DNA of 48,162 nucleotides from Daejeonella sp. (GTDB taxonomy: Bacteria > Bacteroidota > Bacteroidia > Sphingobacteriales > Sphingobacteriaceae), in contig NZ_JBIILQ010000001.1 in NCBI RefSeq assembly GCF_044232565.1, forward strand, positions 1 to 48,162. Direction: 5' to 3'. Made by a program: the position numbers and the translations under genes. The notes beneath the pieces were generated by a model. That model was not told the origin of the DNA. It was given only the letters and a program-made list of their open reading frames with translations, and searched no databases. Below, piece after piece: positions 18,681 to 26,274 of the stretch; the first letter of the stretch is position 1, and each line of letters starts with the position of its first letter.

Positions 18681-19001
18681 CTATTGTTCATCACCTCTAA
18701 TCCTGAAAACCATGCCATTCAGGTTTTCACTCATGCGAATTTGACAAGCCAATCTGCTATCGAAACCTGCATCAGGCAAGGTGTCGAGCATGTCCATCTC
18801 ATCATTCCCGGCTGCTGGTAAATCTTCCAGACCTTTTAATACCTGCACATGACAGGTAGCACAAAGTGCCATGCCACCACAGGTAGCTAATATGTTATAG
18901 TCTGAAGCCTTCAGTACTTCCATTAGGCTAAGGCTTATTTCTTCAGGTATTTCAACGGACTTTTGCTCACCGTTTCTATCTTCAATAGTTATATTGATCA
19001 T
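18681..19001 (-). CDS. Adrenodoxin/ISC-type [2Fe-2S] ferredoxin
   Basis: CGGMALCATCHV...EMDML...SRLACQ (C-x5-C-x2-C...C). Confidence 0.92.
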   Translation of the reverse strand: MINITIEDRNGEQKSVEIPEEISLSLMEVLKASDYNILATCGGMALCATCHVQVLKGLEDLPAAGNDEMDMLDTLPDAGFDSRLACQIRMSENLNGMVFRIRGDEQ

Positions 19002-19002
19002 A

Positions 19003-20007
19003 TTAAAAGGTATTTACTCCATAAACAGTGGTGTACTTAAAACTTAATTTTTGATCAGGGTACACATATTTGAATGCACTCTGTACCATTAAAGCGGCTT
19101 CATGGAAACCACATAAAATAAGTTTAAGTTTTCCGGGGTAGGTATTGATATCACCAATTGCATAAACCCGCTCCACATTTGTCGAATAATCTAAAGTGTT
19201 TACTTCAATTGCAGATTTTTCAATGTTCAAGCCCCATTCAGCAATCGGACCTAATTTTGGACTCAAGCCGAATAGTGGAATTAAAAAATCGGTTTCAATT
19301 TTCTTTTCTACTTGATCTCTACCAATATATCGGACTTCTTCAAGATGATCCGCTCCTGAAACACTCAAGAGGTTAGATTGAAGGATTAAATCAATTTTTC
19401 CGACACTAGCTAATTGATGGACTTTTTCAGCAGAGTCGGGGGCACCACGAAAGGTGTCACCACGATGTATTAAGGTTACTTTTTCAGCAATGTCAGCGAG
19501 GAAAATAGTCCAATCGAGTGCTGAATCACCTCCGCCAGCTAAAATCACTCGTTTATTTCTAAAGTGTTCGGGATTCTTAACCATATATTCAACTCCCTTG
19601 CCTTCAAAATCAAGGAGACCTTTTATTTCTGGTTTACGTGGTTCAAAACATCCTAATCCACCAGCAATTACAACTACTTGGCAATGAATTTTTGTACCAT
19701 CATTGGTTTCTACAATTATTGAACCATCATCTTGCCTAACTAATGCTTCTACTCTTTCTCCAAGAGTAAATCCAGGATTAAAGGGTGCTATTTGCTCCAT
19801 TAACCTTTCAACTAGCTCCTGGGCTTTTATTTCAGGGTATCCGGGGATGTCGTAAATGGGCTTTTGTGGATAAATTTCTGATAATTGTCCGCCAACCTGT
19901 GGTAATGTATCAATTAGGTGGCATCTCATCTTAAGTAAACCTGCTTCAAATACAGCAAAAAGTCCGACAGGGCCGGCTCCAATTATACAAAGGTCAGTTG
20001 AGATCAT
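19003..20007 (-). CDS. Thioredoxin-reductase-type ferredoxin--NADP+ reductase (YumC-like)
   Basis: GAGPVG, GGQLSEIYPQKPIYDIPG, GGGDSALDW, GDINTYPGKLKLILCGFHE; lacks the TrxR CxxC. Confidence 0.9.
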   Translation of the reverse strand: MISTDLCIIGAGPVGLFAVFEAGLLKMRCHLIDTLPQVGGQLSEIYPQKPIYDIPGYPEIKAQELVERLMEQIAPFNPGFTLGERVEALVRQDDGSIIVETNDGTKIHCQVVVIAGGLGCFEPRKPEIKGLLDFEGKGVEYMVKNPEHFRNKRVILAGGGDSALDWTIFLADIAEKVTLIHRGDTFRGAPDSAEKVHQLASVGKIDLILQSNLLSVSGADHLEEVRYIGRDQVEKKIETDFLIPLFGLSPKLGPIAEWGLNIEKSAIEVNTLDYSTNVERVYAIGDINTYPGKLKLILCGFHEAALMVQSAFKYVYPDQKLSFKYTTVYGVNTF

Positions 20008-20040
20008 TTTATGCGCTTATTTATTTTTATATCGTTTAGA

Positions 20041-20484
20041 TTATTCATTTTCTTCATCTAGATTATTGTAAATGGTATCCAAAATTCTTTTTAGATTTAA
20101 ATAATCGTCTTCAGTAAGGTTTTCCCAAGCTTTCATTCGTATTTCAGACATTTTAGGACTCCATTCAGTTACTCGATTTTTTCCTAAATCTGTGAGGTGA
20201 ATATGGAATGATCTTCTGTCGAGAGGGTGAATTTTTCGCTCTGTCAGACCTTTTCTGCATAGAAGATCAATGATTCGAGTTAAGGTAGGGTGATCTTTTT
20301 CAGTTATTTCTGCCAGCTGACTCTGATTTAAATCATTTTCGCTGCTCAGGTTTTTTAAAATCAACCATTGATCAACCGTGATGTCGTAATTTTCTGTATT
20401 GAAGCGTCGTTGAGCATATTGCTTCACTTTTCTTGCCGTGCGATCCAGCAAATAAGAATAGGTGCTAAATTTTTCTGTTGCCAT
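20041..20484 (-). CDS. MarR family transcriptional regulator
   Basis: ITVDQWLIL, QSQLAE, KDHPTLTRIIDLL, DRRSFHIHLTDLG. Confidence 0.9.
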   Translation of the reverse strand: MATEKFSTYSYLLDRTARKVKQYAQRRFNTENYDITVDQWLILKNLSSENDLNQSQLAEITEKDHPTLTRIIDLLCRKGLTERKIHPLDRRSFHIHLTDLGKNRVTEWSPKMSEIRMKAWENLTEDDYLNLKRILDTIYNNLDEENE

Positions 20485-20489
20485 ACTTA

Positions 20490-20509
20490 TTGTTCGTACA
20501 ACAAATATC
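20490..20509 (-). promoter_or_regulatory. Candidate MarR operator TTGTT-N5-AACAA overlapping a GATATTTG -7-like element
   Basis: TTGTT CGTAC AACAA at 20490-20504, 5 nt before the marR ATG; near-consensus -7 element at 20502-20509. Confidence 0.45.
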
Positions 20510-20530
20510 TACATAAATTTATCATAAAAC

Positions 20531-20560
20531 AAAAAAGCATCCGTTTTTACGGATGCTTTT
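20531..20560 (-). terminator. Intrinsic terminator after secDF
   Basis: AAAAGCATCCGT-TTTT-ACGGATGCTTTT; T6 tail on the minus strand. Confidence 0.88.
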
Positions 20561-20588
20561 CATATTGTTTGGAAAATTATTCTAAGAA

Positions 20589-23537
20589 TTAGGCTTTCTC
20601 TTTTTCTTTAATGAATTCAACAACAAATGGTGTTGCCACAAATAAAGATGAGTAAGTACCGAAAATAACACCGATTAACATCGCAAAAGAGAATCCTCTT
20701 AAAATCTCTCCACCGAAGATGAAGATGATAAGAAGTACGGCAATAGTACAAATACCAGTAATTACCGTTCTACTTAAAGTGCTGTTAAGTGCATTATTAA
20801 TAACAGATGGTAAATCTTCGTTTTTAGAGTGGTGCTGACCAATATATTCACGAACACGGTCAAATACAACAACCGTATCGTTAATTGAATAACCCATTAC
20901 TGTTAATATCGCTGCAACAAATGCTTGGTCAATATCTAATGAGAAGGGCAACCAGCCATTAAATATGGTAAATATAGCGAGTAAAACAAGCACATCATGT
21001 ACCAATGCCAGGATCGCTGCAAAACCAAAGGCCATTCTTTTGAATCGGGCTAAGATGTACAGGAAGATTACAAGAATTGAGAAAAATACTGCCCAAATAG
21101 CCGAGGTTTTGATGTCGTCGGCAATGGTAGGCGTAACCTTCTGCGAATCCTTGATTTCATATATTGGATTGATTTTTTTCAATCCGGAAGCCAATTTCTC
21201 ACTTACTTGATCATTTGCTTGATCAGAATTATCATTAATAAGGTATGCTGTAGTGATTTTAACTTGATTTGATGAACCAAATGTTTTTACTTCAACAGCT
21301 GTGCCGAATTCATCAATTAAAACTGAACGTACATTCTCAACTTCAACCGGTTTGTCAAAAGCTACAAAATACGCTCTGCCTCCTTGAAAATCAACTCCTA
21401 AGCTAAATCCTTGCGTAAATGCAGAGATAATACCTGCAACAATGATTGCAGCGGATAGAAAGTAGAAACGCTTACGACCTGTTATGAAATCAAATTTAGA
21501 GTCTTTAAACAAGTTTTGAGTTGCTTTGATAGAAAAGTGAATCGCTTTTTTGCCATCAAGTAACCATTCGAAAACTAAACGTGAGATGAATATAGCTGCG
21601 AATAAAGAGGTTACAATACCAATCATCAAGGTGGTTGCGAAACCTACTATTGGGCCTTGTCCAAAAATGTATAGAATAACACCAGTTAAGAAGGTGGTGA
21701 TGTTTGAGTCTAAAATTGATGGCATTGCTTTTCTAAAGCCTTCTGTTATGGCTAATCGTACAGATTTTCCTTCCGCAATCTCTTCTCGAATACGCTCATA
21801 AATTAGTACGTTAGCATCTACCGACATACCTAATGAAAGTACGATACCAGCAATACCAGGCAATGTTAAAACGGCTCCTAAAGATGCAAGAACACCCATT
21901 AAGAAGAATAAGTTAACTATTAAAGCAATATTAGCTACAACACCTGCAGTGCTATAATACAAGCCCATGAAAATCAGGATGAAAATAATTCCCGCAATGG
22001 TTGAGAGTAAACCTGCAGAAATTGAAGCAGCACCTAAAGATGGTCCAACTACATAATCACTTACAATTTTAGCTGGTGCTGGTAATCTACCTGCCTTTAA
22101 TACGTTTGCAAGATCCTGAGTATCTTCAATTTTAAAGCTTCCGCTGATAGATGAAATTCCATTCGGTATTTCACCTTGAACGGTAGGGGCAGAGTAAACA
22201 AGATTATCTAAAACAATAGCTACACTTCTTTTATTATTTGGATTAGCGGACGCTGCTGCAGTAATTGAACGCCATGCACGTGCTCCGTCAGTATTCATGA
22301 CCATCACTACTTCTGGATTTCCGCGCTGATCGTAATCAGAACGTGCATCAGAAATAACATCGCCCTCTAGAGCCGGACCACCAGCTATGTTGCTAGTTTT
22401 TAATGCATAAAGTTCAAATACTTTACTTTCTTCAGAAACTGGTTTAACTCCCCAATATAATTTGATGTTCTGTGGAATTACTGCTCTAACTGCAGTAGAA
22501 GAAAGATAAGAATTAACTTTAGCAGTGTCTTTTAACGCTGCATATCCAACTACAGGACCAGGCTGTAAATTTGTTTGGCCATCTTGTCCCTGGAAAGTGG
22601 CAGGATTTAATAAAGCAAACAATGGATTTTGTTTGGCCTGCTCTGCTTGTAATTTATTTTTTATAGCAGTGCTGTCGGTAGCTTTACTATCTTTTTTACC
22701 TAAAGCAGCAAGCTTGCTCTTTGCAGTGTCTTGGGCAGCGGTAGTACTTGTTGAATCTGTAGTTTTTACAGAACTCGCTAAAATGCTATTCACATTTTGA
22801 AGTAAACCGAAAATTTCCGAATTATCATAGGTTTCCCAGAATTCAAGTTTTGCTGAACCTTGTAATAATTTACGGACACGATCAGGATCAGTAACTCCTG
22901 GTAATTCGATCAAAATACGATTAGTACCTTGCTGCTTCTGAATATTAGGTGATGTTACACCAAATTTATCAATACGAGTACGAAGAATATTGAACGAAAG
23001 ATCAATTGCTCCATCTGCCGACTTTCTTAAAAAGTCTAAGACAGCTTTATTGTCTGCATCAATTTTCAGGTTAGCTGAATTTTCTTTAGTTGCAAAAATG
23101 GTTGCAAGTCTAGTGTTGGGGCTTAGCTTTTCGAATTCGCTACCAAAAGCAGATATGAAATCTTTATTGCCTTCAGCTATTGCTTTTTCAGCATTTTTGA
23201 TAGCAGCATTGAAATTTGCATCTGTACTATTGTTAGCGAGGTTACGTACCATTTCACTTAGTGAAATTTCCATGGTTACGTTCATACCACCTTTTAAGTC
23301 GAGCCCTAGTGGAATTTCGCGCTCTTTGGCATATTGATAGGTGATATAATCTAAGCTACCAAATACTGGCAATGAGGCTACAGAATCAAGATAACTCTTT
23401 TCTTTTGTAGCATCTCCTTTTGATAATTCCTTGGCTTCTTTTTCAACCTTATTCGCTATCCATGTGAACGAAAGAGAATACAAACACGCGATTGTGAGCG
23501 CTATTGCTGCGAATTTTATTAATCCTTTACCTTGCAT
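20589..23537 (-). CDS. secDF: Fused protein translocase subunit SecDF
   Basis: LGLDLKGG, RIDKFGV, IELPG, AIVLD, VGPSLG, GMSVDANVLIYERIREE, GVDFQGG, GYSINDTVVVFDRVRE. Confidence 0.96.
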   Translation of the reverse strand: MQGKGLIKFAAIALTIACLYSLSFTWIANKVEKEAKELSKGDATKEKSYLDSVASLPVFGSLDYITYQYAKEREIPLGLDLKGGMNVTMEISLSEMVRNLANNSTDANFNAAIKNAEKAIAEGNKDFISAFGSEFEKLSPNTRLATIFATKENSANLKIDADNKAVLDFLRKSADGAIDLSFNILRTRIDKFGVTSPNIQKQQGTNRILIELPGVTDPDRVRKLLQGSAKLEFWETYDNSEIFGLLQNVNSILASSVKTTDSTSTTAAQDTAKSKLAALGKKDSKATDSTAIKNKLQAEQAKQNPLFALLNPATFQGQDGQTNLQPGPVVGYAALKDTAKVNSYLSSTAVRAVIPQNIKLYWGVKPVSEESKVFELYALKTSNIAGGPALEGDVISDARSDYDQRGNPEVVMVMNTDGARAWRSITAAASANPNNKRSVAIVLDNLVYSAPTVQGEIPNGISSISGSFKIEDTQDLANVLKAGRLPAPAKIVSDYVVGPSLGAASISAGLLSTIAGIIFILIFMGLYYSTAGVVANIALIVNLFFLMGVLASLGAVLTLPGIAGIVLSLGMSVDANVLIYERIREEIAEGKSVRLAITEGFRKAMPSILDSNITTFLTGVILYIFGQGPIVGFATTLMIGIVTSLFAAIFISRLVFEWLLDGKKAIHFSIKATQNLFKDSKFDFITGRKRFYFLSAAIIVAGIISAFTQGFSLGVDFQGGRAYFVAFDKPVEVENVRSVLIDEFGTAVEVKTFGSSNQVKITTAYLINDNSDQANDQVSEKLASGLKKINPIYEIKDSQKVTPTIADDIKTSAIWAVFFSILVIFLYILARFKRMAFGFAAILALVHDVLVLLAIFTIFNGWLPFSLDIDQAFVAAILTVMGYSINDTVVVFDRVREYIGQHHSKNEDLPSVINNALNSTLSRTVITGICTIAVLLIIFIFGGEILRGFSFAMLIGVIFGTYSSLFVATPFVVEFIKEKEKA

Positions 23538-23589
23538 TTTATTTAAATTGTCTGTTAATGTTGATTTAAGCCTATTTTGGTTAAGACGC

Positions 23590-23597
23590 CAAAGCTA
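23590..23597 (-). promoter_or_regulatory. -7 promoter element (TAGCTTTG) of secDF
   Basis: Matches TAnnTTTG upstream of ATG 23537. Confidence 0.55.
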
Positions 23598-23650
23598 ATT
23601 AAATTTTTGTTTTTTGGAATAATTCTTTAAAAGAGAAATGAAAAGATATG

Positions 23651-24136
23651 TTAAATCTTATCATATCTTATGAAATTATAGGAATAAATATTCTTTTCAT
23701 CTGGCTCATGTGCTTCATTTGACGTTTCTTGCCATTGATTTTTATCCAATTCAGGAAAAAAAGTATCTGCATCGAAATTATTTTGAATAACTGTAAAATA
23801 GAGTGTATCAGCTAAGTTTAGTGATTGCTCAAATATCTGAGCACCACCAATTATAAAGACTTCGCTCTCATTTTCACATAATGAAAGTGCGCTTTGGAGT
23901 GAACTGCACACCTCTGTGCCGAAAATTTCAAGACTTGCCTGTCGGCTAACGACAATATTTCTTCGGTTTGGTAGTGGTTTACCAATAGAATCGAAGGTTT
24001 TTCTTCCCATAATTATTGGAAATCCGGTAGTTATTTTTTTAAAATGAAGAAGGTCGGCGGGTAAATGCCAAGGCAATTGATTGTCTTTTCCAATTCCATT
24101 ATTTTTGTCTACTGCTACAATTAGGCTTATTTTCAT
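23651..24136 (-). CDS. folA: Dihydrofolate reductase
   Basis: IGKDNQLPWHLPADL, MGRKTFDSIGKPLPNRRN, IIGGAQI, DTFFP. Confidence 0.96.
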   Translation of the reverse strand: MKISLIVAVDKNNGIGKDNQLPWHLPADLLHFKKITTGFPIIMGRKTFDSIGKPLPNRRNIVVSRQASLEIFGTEVCSSLQSALSLCENESEVFIIGGAQIFEQSLNLADTLYFTVIQNNFDADTFFPELDKNQWQETSNEAHEPDEKNIYSYNFIRYDKI

Positions 24137-24140
24137 GCGT

Positions 24141-24935
24141 TTAAATTGCTACTGCTCCCTTTATGTGCGGATGTGGGTCATAATTTTCAAGACTAAAATC
24201 TTCGAATTTGAAATCAAAAATAGAGTTAACCTCCAGATTCAGTTTCATTTGCGGTAGCGGACGACAATCACGGCTTAACTGAAGTTTAGTTTGTTCCAGG
24301 TGATTATTATACAGATGCGCATCCCCTAAGGTATGAATAAAATCGCCAACCTGAAGATTGCAAACCTGGGCAACCATCATTGTAAGTAGGGCATAAGATG
24401 CAATATTAAAGGGAACACCTAAAAATATATCCGCACTTCTTTGGTAAAGCTGGCAACTTAATTTTCCATCTGCAACATAAAACTGAAAAAAACTGTGGCA
24501 TGGTGGAAGTGCCATGTTTTCAATCTCTGCTACATTCCATGCGGATACAATTAGTCTTCTGGAATCAGGATTCGACTTAATTTGATTAATAACCTGACTA
24601 ATTTGATCTATGTGACCTCCATTTGGTGTTGGCCAAGACCTCCATTGCGAACCATAAACCGGGCCGAGTTCTCCATTTTCATCCGCCCATTCATCCCAAA
24701 TACTTACTCCATTCTCTTTGAGATAACGAATATTGGTTTCACCTTTTAAGAACCAGATTAATTCATGTATGATGGATCGCAGGTGAACTTTTTTAGTAGT
24801 TACCAGTGGGAAACCCTCCTGCAGATTAAAACGCATTTGATATCCAAAAACACTGATGGTGCCCGTACCGGTTCGATCATGCTTTTGAGTGCCATTTTGC
24901 AGTACATGCTGCATCAGATCAAGGTATTGTTTCAT
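24141..24935 (-). CDS. thyA: Thymidylate synthase
   Basis: [40 protein letters not shown]. Confidence 0.97.
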   Translation of the reverse strand: MKQYLDLMQHVLQNGTQKHDRTGTGTISVFGYQMRFNLQEGFPLVTTKKVHLRSIIHELIWFLKGETNIRYLKENGVSIWDEWADENGELGPVYGSQWRSWPTPNGGHIDQISQVINQIKSNPDSRRLIVSAWNVAEIENMALPPCHSFFQFYVADGKLSCQLYQRSADIFLGVPFNIASYALLTMMVAQVCNLQVGDFIHTLGDAHLYNNHLEQTKLQLSRDCRPLPQMKLNLEVNSIFDFKFEDFSLENYDPHPHIKGAVAI

Positions 24936-25064
24936 GTATGAATATAGATGTTAGTTTGTTTTTTTTAATGCATTTGTTTGCTACAAAAATCAAATATCAG
25001 CAAATAAAATATTAATGTATTTTTGCTATCCTAAATTTTTTATAAAAGTAGCGATCTTTAGAAT

Positions 25065-25868
25065 ATGATCATGTTCCCAAATGCAAAAATAAACATTGGT
25101 TTAAATGTTCTCAGCAAAAGAGAAGATGGATATCATGATTTGGAAACTATATTCTATCCAATAGGGCTTAAGGATGCGCTAGAGGTAGTTGAATCGGAGC
25201 ACCTAATGTTTACTTCATCTGGCTTGGATATACCTGGAGATCCAATGAATAACCTTTGCTTGAAGGCTTATCATCTTTTGTCTAAAAATCATAAACTACC
25301 ACCTGTCCACATTCATCTGCATAAACACATACCAATTGGTGCAGGATTAGGGGGTGGCTCTTCCGATGCTTCATTTTTTATCAAATTAATGAATGATAAA
25401 TTTGAATTGGGGCTCGAAATTTCTAAAATGGAAGGATATGCTTCACAGTTAGGTTCGGATTGTGCTTTTTTTGTTCAGAATAAGCCTGCCATTGCTTTTG
25501 GAAAGGGCGATGAATTGCAAAACATAGAAATAGATCTAAGTGGTTTTTATATGGTTTTAGTTATGCCTCATGTGCAGGTTTCTACTGCAGAAGCTTATCG
25601 TGGTGTAATTCCTCGGGCAACTTCAAATCCATTAGTTGATTTAATAAAACTACCTATTGAAGAATGGAAAATATTCATTAAAAATGATTTTGAAGTTTCT
25701 GTTTTTGATCAATATCCAATTATTGGAGACATAAAATCAAAGCTTTACCAGTCTGGAGCTTTATATGCCTCAATGAGTGGTAGTGGTTCTTCTGTTTTTG
25801 GAATTTTTAAAGAAAAAATTCAATTGCCTGAAATGGAAAAGGATAGTCAGGTATTTTATGGGGTATAA
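25065..25868 (+). CDS. ispE: 4-diphosphocytidyl-2-C-methyl-D-erythritol kinase
   Basis: AKINIGL, REDGYHDLETIF, PIGAGLGGGSSDA, LGSDC, NDFE, MSGSGS. TATTTTTG promoter element at 25018-25025. Confidence 0.95.
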   Translation: MIMFPNAKINIGLNVLSKREDGYHDLETIFYPIGLKDALEVVESEHLMFTSSGLDIPGDPMNNLCLKAYHLLSKNHKLPPVHIHLHKHIPIGAGLGGGSSDASFFIKLMNDKFELGLEISKMEGYASQLGSDCAFFVQNKPAIAFGKGDELQNIEIDLSGFYMVLVMPHVQVSTAEAYRGVIPRATSNPLVDLIKLPIEEWKIFIKNDFEVSVFDQYPIIGDIKSKLYQSGALYASMSGSGSSVFGIFKEKIQLPEMEKDSQVFYGV

Positions 25869-25886
25869 TTATTGATTTGCCTATTT

Positions 25887-26177
25887 TTAACTGATATATT
25901 CTCGATCCTCATCACTTAGCTGATTTTCTTTATTGTTGCCTCGTTCAATAGGTTCTTTATCATTATCCTCTACATCATTGTCATTATTTGTTCTTTTCCC
26001 TGGTCTACCGGCAATATATCCAACAATAGCTCCAAGTCCGAACATGAACCCTAAAACAGCCAATTTTGGGATTTTTGCATTTCCAAAGATCCAGAATTGA
26101 ATTTCATCTGTATTGTTCATTAGAATAATGGTAACCAGTACAGAAACGATTATGATAAAGATTGTTTTGAATGACAT
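25887..26177 (-). CDS. Small two-TM membrane protein, LapA (DUF1049)-like
   Basis: TM1-NTDEIQFWIFG-TM2 architecture with an acidic C-terminal tail. Confidence 0.55.
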   Translation of the reverse strand: MSFKTIFIIIVSVLVTIILMNNTDEIQFWIFGNAKIPKLAVLGFMFGLGAIVGYIAGRPGKRTNNDNDVEDNDKEPIERGNNKENQLSDEDREYIS

Positions 26178-26274
26178 AGATTCTATTTTGTAATTCCGAA
26201 TATCGGATTTTGATCTAATAATACGATAATAATTAAAAATATTGCAAGATAATTGTCGAAGAAATTCACCTCAA

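Noticed and set aside
23629-23656. ATATGTTAAAT resembling the XerD arm of a dif site
   Set aside because: There is no plausible XerC arm at the right spacing, and the match includes the folA stop codon.
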